DNA of 63,328 nucleotides, counting the filler, from Reticulomyxa filosa (taxonomy: Eukaryota > Protista > Foraminifera): assembly GCA_000512085.1 (NCBI GenBank). It is 22 parts of 22 records of this genome, joined end to end, with 100 filler letters (N's around TTAATTAATTAA, not from the genome) between each part and the next. Parts side by side here need not be neighbours in the genome. Positions count along the whole stretch, not along the records: positions 35,703 to 41,633 come from ASPP01020195.1; positions 41,734 to 42,815 come from ASPP01005196.1; positions 42,916 to 44,609 come from ASPP01022889.1; positions 44,710 to 46,370 come from ASPP01006853.1; positions 46,471 to 49,116 come from ASPP01014618.1; positions 49,217 to 50,542 come from ASPP01018716.1; 16 more parts are not named here. One strand, 5' to 3'. Each line of letters starts with the position of its first letter. Within the stretch, counting starts at the first letter, position 1. The position numbers were made by a program, and so were the translations under genes. Positions 40,083-50,642 of the stretch are shown here, piece by piece. Below the pieces are notes generated by a model. It was given only the letters and a program-made list of their open reading frames with translations, searched no databases and had not been told where the DNA came from.

Positions 40083-41441
40083 ATGAACGATAAGATCATT
40101 CAATCAATAAACATAGCCACAAATAATAAAGATGATTATATTGAAACTAACACAAGCGATAATACAAAAAGTGATCACAAGTCTGAGCAGTCAACAATTG
40201 TTAATGAAGAAATGCAAATATTAGATTTTAAAATATATTGGAATAGAGAGTGGAGAGAAGCAAATGTGGAAGCTTCGAACATAGTGGAAGAAATGTTGCA
40301 TCAAAATGAGCAAGGATTGATTATTGTTGTTCACAATGCATCGAAATGGGAACACACAAATAATGATCGATCTCTATCACCATTTTCTTTTATTACATTG
40401 GTAAACAATGGCAAAGTGCTAACAGAGCAATCTAACAGCTATTGGTTGTATATTATAAAAAGTGAATTGGTGATATTAAATGATGTGAAGATTGATGGTA
40501 ATGTGTATGTGGTTGATTGTAAATTACAATGTAAAGAAAATGTAGATATTGCAATTCAAGTATTTATTACTAAAAAAGCTATTATCGAGCAACAAGTAGC
40601 ATTAAAAAATTCGCTTATTCAATGGAATACTAAATATCATCATCACATTGCACTACAACTCCAATATTATGAATGTGAAGGAAATGACTTATTGTCGGCA
40701 GGACAGGTTTTTTCGGCTTTAGCTCCGTTTAAAAAATATTATCAACTTTGTGTTGATACATTTGGAGTGAATCATCCCTACATCTTTGTTGCGTATTATT
40801 ATCTTGGAATTGTTAATTTCGAGCAAGAAAAGTATAAGGAAGCTATTACCATGTTTGAAAAAGCATTACAGATTATGATAAATATTTTAGGAAACAATGG
40901 TGATTTTGAAGCAAAATTTTACCATTGCTTAGGAATTGGCTTTAAAGAAGACAAAGTAGTTAAGTGCTATGAAAATGAACTGGCGATCAGACTAAAAGAT
41001 TCTAATGTCGATTCCGACCATCTTTTGCTCACGTATAGCCATTTAGCCGTTTCTTATAGTAAAGTTGGACAATATGATTTGGCAATTGAATATAATAAAA
41101 AGGCACTGAAAATTGCACTGGATACTTGCACCACAGAGGATATTGACGTTGCTCACTTATACCAAAATTTAGGAACTGCATACCACGACAGTGGTATGTA
41201 TTACAAGGCAATTGAATGTCATGAAAAATCATTGAACATAAAAAGAGGAATATGTCAAGCTGTAAGCGAGGGCACTGGTGATTCTTATTGGTTTTTGGGA
41301 AACAGCTACGAAAAGATTGGCGAAAAAGAAATTGCATATAAGTATTTTAAAGAAACATGGAAGCTTAGCAGCGCATTACTTGGAGAATGGAACGAATTAA
41401 CTTTAGTCGTAAAAAGAAAAATTGAGGAAATGAAAAATTGA
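40083..41441 (+). CDS. TPR-repeat protein (lineage-expanded family)
   Basis: Long intronless ORF with repeats such as VAHLYQNLGTAYHDSGMYYKAIECHEKSLNI and YSKVGQYDLAIEYNKKALKI. Confidence 0.9.
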   Translation: MNDKIIQSINIATNNKDDYIETNTSDNTKSDHKSEQSTIVNEEMQILDFKIYWNREWREANVEASNIVEEMLHQNEQGLIIVVHNASKWEHTNNDRSLSPFSFITLVNNGKVLTEQSNSYWLYIIKSELVILNDVKIDGNVYVVDCKLQCKENVDIAIQVFITKKAIIEQQVALKNSLIQWNTKYHHHIALQLQYYECEGNDLLSAGQVFSALAPFKKYYQLCVDTFGVNHPYIFVAYYYLGIVNFEQEKYKEAITMFEKALQIMINILGNNGDFEAKFYHCLGIGFKEDKVVKCYENELAIRLKDSNVDSDHLLLTYSHLAVSYSKVGQYDLAIEYNKKALKIALDTCTTEDIDVAHLYQNLGTAYHDSGMYYKAIECHEKSLNIKRGICQAVSEGTGDSYWFLGNSYEKIGEKEIAYKYFKETWKLSSALLGEWNELTLVVKRKIEEMKN

Positions 41442-41784
41442 TTTCATATGTTGAAGCATGCCATGCTTTTGTGAATGATTTTTTTAAAATACTCATTTGA
41501 ACAACAACTATCTCAGTGCAATTCACAGGTTTTTTAAAGTACATATGCAAAATGTCATAAAATAAATACTGTATTGCAATAGCAACATTTGTTCATTAAC
41601 GCTGAAAAATTGATAAAATATTTTTGATGAATANNNNNNNNNNNNNNNNNNNNNNNNNNNNNNNNNNNNNNNNNNNNTTAATTAATTAANNNNNNNNNNN
41701 NNNNNNNNNNNNNNNNNNNNNNNNNNNNNNNNNTTTTTTTTTTTTTTTTTTTTTTGCATTGAATCAAAGATAAACAAAAAAAAG

Positions 41785-42611
41785 GTATAAAGACGATCAT
41801 CATTGGTGTCGGGAGCCAATGGGATCCGGCACGTATTGATTGTTTGGTTACTTCTCAATCTGACATTGTTTATGTTCCCAATTATACTCCAGGACAAATT
41901 GACACCATTTTGCCGGCCTTGACCAAAATTACTTGTCCAGGTTTTTTTGTATACGTACATTTGTAAATATAAATCTTCTTTCCCTTTCTTTATTAAAGTC
42001 TTTTTACACGTATTATTTTTTTTTTTTTTTTTTTGTAACCTATTTTATTTAATTTTTAAAAAGTGGCCTATCAGTTGATAATAAGCGAAGTGCAATTAGA
42101 TTTTACAAGTTCCAGCCAAGGATCACGATTTGTGGAAGTATACAACCCCAGCACAATAGTGGCGTTGAAGGACTTGGGCTTGGATGGAATATTTGAAGGA
42201 AAAGTGACGACAGATTCCACATTGACATTGCCCCAATCTAGTTATTTGGTGTTGTATGACAAGAGTGCGCCCACGATGATCAGCTGTCAGGATTGCAAAT
42301 GCACGAAAAGCAGCAACAATTTGTGTACGGATGCAGTATATGTGGGCTGTTGCAGTAGCTGTGCTTGTTCTTTCGGAGGTTCGAGCATGTCCAACACGAA
42401 CTGGCATGTCAGTTTCGTTGACACGACCAACAGTAACGAAGTTGATGGTGTCATCTATGACAGCAGTACGTGGCCACAAATTATGACCGGTTACACGTAT
42501 TCTTTGAAATACGTTGGCTACAACAATCAGGAAGGAAGCAACTGGGAACAGTCATGCAATACTAGAGGCACCCCTGGATCCTATCCAATTCTCAATTATT
42601 CATGGAGTTAA
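41785..42611 (+). CDS. Extracellular-type protein fragment: end of a vWA domain plus a lamin-tail-like (LTD) domain
   Basis: Exon 41785-41940 GIKTIIIGVGSQWDPARIDCLV..KITCP splices in phase to LIISEV..SRFVEVYNPS..VDGVIY..NWEQS..GTPGS. Confidence 0.65.
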
Positions 42612-43019
42612 GTAAAGTTTATCAGTTGTATAATTTTTGATTCGTCATATTCAAAATTAACACATATATTCACTTTTTTTTTTTTTTATAATATATTACA
42701 TATCACAATACCTTTATTTTATTTTATTTTTTTGTGTCAACGTGTGTTGCAATTATTGTTGCTGAAACAAATTTGTTGCCAAAAAAAAAAAAAAAAAAAA
42801 AAACGCTTGTACTGANNNNNNNNNNNNNNNNNNNNNNNNNNNNNNNNNNNNNNNNNNNNTTAATTAATTAANNNNNNNNNNNNNNNNNNNNNNNNNNNNN
42901 NNNNNNNNNNNNNNNTATATATATATATTTATATATAGCATTTACAACGAACAAGAACTCTTGACAATGGAAATCTCTGTTAATTTCCATTCCCTTTTTT
43001 CCTTATGAGCATTTTTAAC

Positions 43020-43372
43020 TGACAAAATCAATTCCGATGGGGTCCACACAAACAAAATTCCATTCTTCACCACCTCTGCCAACGCTAACTTGCTCTGTTA
43101 GTTTGTACGGTGTGCACATGTTATTCTGTGTTCTTCAATACAATAATAGTCTCTTTTTTTTTAATCATTATTATTATTATTATCATTATTTTAAAAAGTT
43201 TGTCAAAGGAGTTATCGCACTGTGTGGTACATAACAAAATTGATCATATCCAAATTGCCTTCAGAGGCTTGATTCTTTAATAAAAATGGAGCACCCACCA
43301 AAACGGCCAAGTAATCGTTATGAGGAAGCTCTTTTTTTTGCATTTGCACGATATCAGTTTCGATATAACTAT
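43020..43372 (-). CDS. MT-A70-like fragment with degenerate catalytic motif (two exons)
   Basis: YIETDIVQM..DYLAVLVGAPF..GNLDMINF, phase-0 intron ending CTAACAG, then SKLALAEVVKNGILFVWTPSELI. Confidence 0.45.
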
Positions 43373-43841
43373 CCCCACAAAAAAAAACAAAACAAAACAA
43401 CATGTACACAATGTATAATTTTTTAACAAAATAAAATGAAGAGTATTTTTAAAATTTTAGAAAAAAGCTCGTGGAGTCAGCTGTGAAGAGGGAACTTGTC
43501 ACTGAGAAAGTACAGTGTTTAATTGTAGTGTGTTCACATACTTTACAATGGAATCAAAGTTTTTTTCGTCTTGTTCCACGCATTGTTGGTCAGAAAATCC
43601 AGTAGTATCAATTACATGCAAGTCAAAACAATCGTTACAAAAATTTTCTTGAATACACATAGTTGTTTGTACTTAGCAAAAATATATTTATTTTACTTAT
43701 TTAAAAAACATTGAACGCAGCTTCTCAATTTTTTTAAACAACAAAGAAAAATAAAAACATCATTTAATGCTTGCATTCAATCAAGTTTAATATCGACTTA
43801 CTTTTATTTAATCAAACTTTTCTTATTTACAAAAAAGTAAA

Positions 43842-44609
43842 TTATCCCCAAATATGAATGGGACCTTTTACTGAACTATAACACAAATTTATGTCATTAT
43901 CTTTCTTTTTAAATTTAAGAGACATTATTCCATAATCTTCTTCTTTGTTTCCTCTTATAATAAATAATGTATCCCTATTTAATCGAATATCCCAAAAACA
44001 AATTGTGTTATCAAATGATCCAGAACATATCACATTTGAATTACCAATGATATTTTTTGTCATAAATTGTGAATATTCAACAGCGTTAACATATTCTGTA
44101 TGTCCATCGAACATTTGAATTTGTTGACAAGATCGAATATCCCACAAACGAACAGTGTTATCATATGATCCAGATAATATTGTATTTAATAATTCATTTG
44201 ATCCATATTTTACACTACTAACATAACTTTTATGTCTTTTCAATACATTGAGTTGTTTGGTTGTCTCAATATCCCATATTCGAATAGTTTTATCCCATGA
44301 TCCAGAACAAATTGTATATCCATTTCCACCAATCACACCAATACTATTCATTTTATTATTATCATCTTTGTTATTGCTTTGTAATTGTGAAACATCAACA
44401 CACCAAATACGATCTTTATGTCCTTTAAAAACATGTAATGATTTTGATGTTTCAACATCCCATAAACGAATTGTTTTGTCAAATGATCCAGAACACAAAT
44501 ATCTACCACCATTAAATGGTGAAAATTCAATACTGCTAACACAATCTTTGTGTCCATTTAATATTTGTAATTGCTTATTATTTTTGAAATCCCAAAAACG
44601 AATGGTTTT
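43842..44609 (-). CDS. WD40-repeat protein of a lineage-expanded family (5' truncated)
   Basis: Repeated GH..CSGSxDxTIRxWD units; ends PIHIWG*. Confidence 0.95.
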   Translation of the reverse strand, partial: KTIRFWDFKNNKQLQILNGHKDCVSSIEFSPFNGGRYLCSGSFDKTIRLWDVETSKSLHVFKGHKDRIWCVDVSQLQSNNKDDNNKMNSIGVIGGNGYTICSGSWDKTIRIWDIETTKQLNVLKRHKSYVSSVKYGSNELLNTILSGSYDNTVRLWDIRSCQQIQMFDGHTEYVNAVEYSQFMTKNIIGNSNVICSGSFDNTICFWDIRLNRDTLFIIRGNKEEDYGIMSLKFKKKDNDINLCYSSVKGPIHIWG

Positions 44610-45843
44610 NNNNNNNNNNNNNNNNNNNNNNNNNNNNNNNNNNNNNNNNNNNNTTAATTAATTAANNNNNNNNNNNNNNNNNNNNNNNNNNNNNNNNNNN
44701 NNNNNNNNNTTCTCCAACCTAAAAAAAAGTTATTCAAAAATCAATATCATATTTACAAATTACAAGACTTGTAGATATTTTTTTTTAAAAAAATTAGCTT
44801 TAAATGTTTGTTTTTCATTAAGAAAATCTATCATCTTCATAAGATGGCATTTTAGGTGTTCAGTTTTTTTTGCCCAAAAAAAAAAATTGTTAAATATTTG
44901 TTCTTTACCCCAGTAATTAGTTTTTTATTTTTTTTGATGCGATTTTGTAAAAGGAATTTATTGGTTAGTAGTGAAAGAAAAAGTGTAAATGACTATTTGA
45001 TGATCCAGATAATATTGTATCTACGAATTTATTTGATATGTATTTTACATTTTTCACATAATCTGTATGTCAATTGTAAATTTTTTGTTTTTTAATAATT
45101 TAATGGAGCTCGTATTGAGATTTTATTTTTTTATTTGTCATCGAAATCTCTTTCTATTTGTTAAATTAGCTTATCTTTATTAATAATTTGTTTATCTTTC
45201 AATTGAATGCTTAGATGTAATGCAATTTCATTGTCTTTGTTTGGTATTTGTATCTTCAACTGATCATTTTGATATTACCTTCATTTGATTTACGATTTAA
45301 CTTATCAATTTTCAATTTCAACTGATTTGATTCATGTATAAATTATATGTAAGTTATGATAAAGTAATTAAATGAAAAAATAAAATATAACTTGAAATGT
45401 ATTAATTTGTTATATGATTTGTTTTTCTTTTTCAGTATATTCTTTTCAATAATTCAAAATTTAATCGATATTTGGATAATTCTTGTTGGATATTATTTTT
45501 TACCCTTTTTCATTTCTTTTTCCTTTTCATCCCATTGTTGCTTCTGTTTTAAAACTGTTTCAATTTGTGAATTTTTATTACTGTTATTTAAGTTAGTTTA
45601 AAAGATACAATATATATTCATAACAAACTTAAATGTTGCAATGTGTATTTTTGTATTGTTGATGAGACTTGTAGTTAAGTATTCCTAATTTTGGCACGCA
45701 AACGAATTTATTGTTGCTATACGACTTTTTAAATACCAAGTAATATAGTGTAAACTTTGTCAAAACGTTTTCCTTCCAAAGCTACTCATGCTTTTTCTAT
45801 TTAGGCAGTGAACTTGAAAATATAAATTAATTATTCAGCATCC

Positions 45844-46370
45844 ATGGTATGGTGTCTTTAATTTGTCAGCATATATTTGCATCTTTTATTGCTGTGAAAT
45901 ATTTTGTCCAACATAGACATCATTTGAAAAATTTGGCGTCGTGACGGAAATAATCCAGGCAATTGAAGAGCTGGGATGGCTGTTACGTGCAGTTGACGTG
46001 TGTACAGCAAGAAAAAAAAAAAGGAAAGGAGATGTAGGATAAAAAGGAAGTTTGTGGATTGAAATAAACAAAAACGCAATGAAAAAGATTGCCTACGGAC
46101 GTCCAAGACGAAGCCATACCATTGATTTTGGGAGGCGGAGATGTGATGGTAGCAGCAGAGACAGGGAGTGGAAAGACAGCAGCATTTGCAATTCCAATTT
46201 TGCAAGAAGTGTACGAGACACTGCGCGGTGAAGGTGGAGAAGGAGGAGAAGGAAAGTCGGATAAGGATGAGCCTATACCACCGATTAGGCTATCAGCAAG
46301 TGACCGAGACAATATGTTGCAAGTGTCGGAGGACGGTCTGAGTGCAGAATCAAGCGCAGGTATTAAGTAT
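45844..46370 (+). CDS. DDX1: DEAD-box helicase DDX1, N-terminus (3' truncated)
   Basis: M|[22 protein letters not shown]|[38 protein letters not shown], followed by the start of the SPRY insertion (DRD..VSEDGL). Confidence 0.92.
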
Positions 46371-46470
46371 NNNNNNNNNNNNNNNNNNNNNNNNNNNNNN
46401 NNNNNNNNNNNNNNTTAATTAATTAANNNNNNNNNNNNNNNNNNNNNNNNNNNNNNNNNNNNNNNNNNNN

Positions 46471-47313
46471 GAAGAGTTTCCCCAACAAACCTCCAAAAAT
46501 GAAATTCACAACCCTGGTTTTGGCACCCAATGGTCAGTACAAACAGCATTTTCTCAACAACTTTGTCTCCTGTCAAATGACTCATCACAACCCGTTTCCC
46601 TCAAAACCGACTTTCACTTTTTTTTTTTGGGGGGGGGGGTAAAGTTCCGAAATTGCGAAAAAGTTTGAGGAAATTAGGGTAGTGTTGAGTTTGCACAAGA
46701 GAAGGAAGGGAAGGGGGGGGAGAGAGTTTATGCAACAAATGAATAAACTAATATTTGAAATAAACAGCTTACAAAAATTGGTATGATTGAACTTGTTTTT
46801 TTTAACATAATTTAATAATAATAATAAAGTGTACGAGGACGGAACAGTTTGTATATCGATACTTCACGAAGCAAAAGAAGATGAACTGAACCCTGAAGAA
46901 AAAATGGAAGAGAAATGGAGACCCATTCTTTCCGTTGAAGCTATTTTGATTTCTGTTTTGTCCATGCTGTCGGACCCCAATTTTTCTAGTCCTGCTAACA
47001 TGTTTTGTCAAAAAAAAAAAAAAAAAATCAAATAATAAAACCTTTTTTTTTTTTTTGTCTTTGTAACACATCATCTTCCTTACGTATACACTTCTTTGTT
47101 CTCTGCAGCGGAGTGGATAACAAAAAGAATGTTGGTTTTTTTTTTTTTTACACCCTTTTTTTTTTCTCACCCCCTCTCCTATTCTACACGATCCTTTTCT
47201 CTTTGATGAAATAAAATAGTGAAGCGTCCGTTCAATGGAAAAAGGACCCTGAAGGGTACAAAAAAAGAATTCGGACATTAGTTCGAAAGTCACAAGAACT
47301 TATGATGAGCTGA
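46471..47313 (+). CDS. Ubiquitin-conjugating enzyme E2 of the UBE2G/Ubc7/Cdc34 class (5' truncated)
   Basis: FPNKPPKMKF..; VYEDGTVCISILH, acidic loop insert, EKWRPILSVEAILISVLSMLSDPNFSSPAN|IEASVQWKKDPEGYKKRI. Confidence 0.93.
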
Positions 47314-49216
47314 AAGAGCTTTTTTTCCTATTTCCTTTTCACCACTTTTTAAAAAAGATTGTTTGTCACTTTTTCATACAGACTTTTTTTTTTTTTAGTT
47401 TCCTAAAAACTCTTTCAATCCAAGAACTTATTTCCTTGCCTTGCTTTGAGTTTCATTGTTTTTGTTCTGGTTGCTTTGATTTGCTTTCGATTATGGTTTA
47501 CATGTTTTTATTGAAGATTGTGCTTCTTTACTCTTGGCTGTGTTGAATTTCTTTTTTTTAAATTGAATATAAGCCAACAACAGCTTGCATGTTCAACAAT
47601 AACAACAAAAATGTACAAAGTTTGCATGTTAAAACAAGCAAACTTCTTTCCATAACGTAAAACTTTCCAGCAAAAATAATGCAAATTGTCCACCTTTTTT
47701 CATTTCGATTTGTTTGTTTTTTACACCCAGTCGTCAACAAAGCAGAAAGGGGTGCTTACTCTTAATTTCAAAAAAGATGATAGCCACAGCATCTCATAAT
47801 GAAAGCTCTTGCTCTGCAAGAATGTTTAGAATGGCTGTGCATTCTTTTTTTTTGATTTGTGGTATATATCCACTAGCAAGTGATGCTGGTGTGCTGTTTC
47901 GGTTATACCACAATGTTCTACCATTCATCCGTGATCACAACAACTCATCGTTTCAGTTTTGAAAACGAGGACAACTAAAAAGAGAAGAGGAAGGGAGGAG
48001 AAAGTCCACAGCTATCAACCAAAAAAACAAATAAAAAACAGAACATGCGCAAACTGGGACAAGTTGGAAACCCAGACTAAATTTATGACAATATGGTTGT
48101 TGTCCCATCTTGTATGCTATTCCGTCTTAATATTTCTCGTTAAGCACTTAGTCGCTCTTTTTTTTTTTGCATCTTTTAAAATATAACTGGTATGACATAT
48201 AACAGTGAATAGTAATTACTGTTAAATTTTCTGAAAAAACAGACACTCAACTTTTTGGGGTTTGAATGTCGCAAGAGACACTGTTGTGATGGCGAGCTGT
48301 GCGTTGATAAGTCAATGAATCAAACATTTGCATCAAAAAATTATACGCGCAGAAGAAATGTGAAGGAATTTGCATGTATATCTCTAAGCATTTTGATAGT
48401 CTTTGTTGGGGAAATGACCACATTGATTGGGACAATTATCATTGCTTTTGATCTTGCAAACAATGTTGTAGATGGCAATAGTAAAACATGTCCTGGGGTT
48501 CACCATTTTCAAAATGATGTCAATTTTTACTCCAAAGTAGTTAGTTGGGTGTTGTTGTCACATTTACTCTTAAGATGTTGTTGTATTTCAAATCGCCCAA
48601 TTGCATAACTTTTTGGAAGTCTACAGCACTCTGACGTGCAAAATTTTTTCGAATAAATATCTCGCAAAATAGACAAAATCTCATCACTCAAACGCTTGCG
48701 TTCTAAACAAAACTAGTGCAAGAGAGATATGATCTTTTTGAATCCAATTCATGTGTTCACTTTTTGCAAAAAAAAACATACTTTTTGATTATCGAAGGTA
48801 TTTTTTTGTTGGCTTTTATGGGGATACTTGAAAAGATATAAACAAATAAAAAGGAATCAGTAAAAATTTTTAATTTGCCAAAACAAATCAATTTTTAAAG
48901 AGGAAAATCGCAAACAAGCACTACGGTGTGAATCATATGGTATGAGTCAGAATCGACTCAAGGTTATTTGGGCACCAACCTGCTGTATATATCTTCCGAT
49001 ATCTGGCACTTTTTACAAATCAAACTCCAAAATGTGATTTGATACACGAACGTCTCTTCAACAGAAATTAACAGAACAATGAAATACTTGTGTTTTTTTA
49101 AGTTTTGAAAAGAAGCNNNNNNNNNNNNNNNNNNNNNNNNNNNNNNNNNNNNNNNNNNNNTTAATTAATTAANNNNNNNNNNNNNNNNNNNNNNNNNNNN
49201 NNNNNNNNNNNNNNNN

Positions 49217-49267
49217 CTGGGAGAGCAACGCCAGCATCGTCCCCAGCAGCGCAACAATGATCCTCAT
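49217..49267 (-). CDS. Start of a divergent bacterial gene with a signal-peptide-like N-terminus (truncated)
   Basis: MRIIVALLGTMLALLSQ runs into the linker. Confidence 0.45.
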
Positions 49268-49354
49268 CGCACGCAACCTCGCTCACCGGTTCAATCGATT
49301 ATAGGTCGCCTGCGCCCGAGGGCGAGCGGGCAGCCCGGACGCGACACTATTGCT

Positions 49355-49372
49355 ATTGCGAATTACTCGCGC
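49355..49372. promoter_or_regulatory. Imperfect palindrome resembling an alphaproteobacterial Fur-type box
   Basis: ATTGCGAAT-T-ACTCGC lies in the AT-richer intergenic region between divergent genes, about 80 nt upstream of fpr. Confidence 0.4.
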
Positions 49373-49450
49373 ACTGGCTATTTTTGCTGCACTGCACTAT
49401 ATCCAGTCGCGTCCGGCGCCTGGCCGGCCCGTTGCGTAGGAGCGTTTTTA

Positions 49451-50219
49451 GTGAGCGCGTTGAGAAACGAGACCGTGTTGTCGGTGCATCACTGGACCGA
49501 CGAGTTGTTCAGCTTCCGGACCACCCGCGACAAGGGTTTCCGTTTCGCCAGCGGCCAGTTCACCATGATCGGCCTAAGGTCGAGGGCAAGCCGGTGCTGC
49601 GGGCCTATCGATCGCCAGCCCGCATTATGTGGACGAGCTGGAGTTCTTCTCCATCAAGGTGCCGGACGGCAAGCTCACCTCGCACCTCAAGAACCTGATG
49701 CCGGGCGATCCGGTGCTGGTCGGCGCCAAGGCTGTCGGCACGCTGCTGCTCGACAGCCTGACCCCCGGCCGCAACCTCTACCTGCTGGGCACCGGCACCG
49801 GCCTCGCCCCCTTCCTGTCGATCGTGCGCGATCCGGAAGTCTACGAGCACTACGAGAAGGTGATCCTGGTCCATGGCTGCCGCCATGTCCGCGACCTCGC
49901 CTACCGCTCGACCCTGGCCGACGAGCTGCCGGCCGACGAGATCCTGGGCGACATGGTGCGCGACAAGCTGGTCTACTATCCGACCGTGACCCGCGAGCCC
50001 TTCAAGTATCGCGGCCGCATCTCCCACCTGATCGAGAACGGCACCCTGGCCAAGGATGTCGGCCTGCCGCCGATGTCGCGCGAGAACGACCGCTTCATGC
50101 TGTGCGGCAGCGTCCAGATGCTGGCCGACATCCGCGCCCTGCTCGAAGGCATGGGCCTCACCGAGGGCAGCACCACCACCCCGGGCGAGTTCGTCGTCGA
50201 AAAGGCCTTCGTCGAGTAG
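49451..50219 (+). CDS. fpr: Bacterial ferredoxin--NADP+ reductase (two apparent single-base sequencing frameshifts at about 49575-49612)
   Basis: AGGAG RBS, GTG start, VLSVHHWTDELFSFRTTRD..FASGQFTMIGL, LRAY(S)IAS, GTGTGLAPF, MLCGS, VEKAFVE*; strong GC3 bias. Confidence 0.95.
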
Positions 50220-50321
50220 CGGTTCCGCTTCGCGAGCGCCCTCAAGTAGCGTGCGATGGTCGCCGGCGGCTAGGATGCCGGCGAGGAACGCATGCCGTCA
50301 GGCTCGGGAAGAGGATTGAAA

Positions 50322-50542
50322 GTGACACTACCGCTCGAGGGAGTTCGCGTCATCGAAGTGGGCCAGGCGCTGGCCGGTCCGCTGGCCGGGGTGATCCTGG
50401 CCGACATGGGCGCCGACGTGATCAAGATCGAAAAGCCCGATGGCGGCGACGATGCCCGCATCTGGGGCCCTCCGTTCGGCCCGACGGCAAGACCTCGCTC
50501 TACTTCTATCGCAGAACCGCAACAAGCGCTCGGTCGTGCTCG
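50322..50542 (+). CDS. CaiB/BaiF family III CoA-transferase, N-terminus (truncated)
   Basis: PLEGVRVIEVGQALAGP..LADMGADVIKIEKPDGGDDARIWGPPF. Confidence 0.92.
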
Positions 50543-50642
50543 NNNNNNNNNNNNNNNNNNNNNNNNNNNNNNNNNNNNNNNNNNNNTTAATTAATTAANN
50601 NNNNNNNNNNNNNNNNNNNNNNNNNNNNNNNNNNNNNNNNNN

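Noticed and set aside
48255-48608. 117-aa ORF with two hydrophobic segments
   Set aside because: Non-ATG start in the ORF track and no recognisable family; cannot be supported as a gene.
49451-50590. 379-aa Arg/Pro/Gly-rich ORF
   Set aside because: Only the first ~42 residues are real Fpr; the rest is off-frame read-through of GC-rich DNA.
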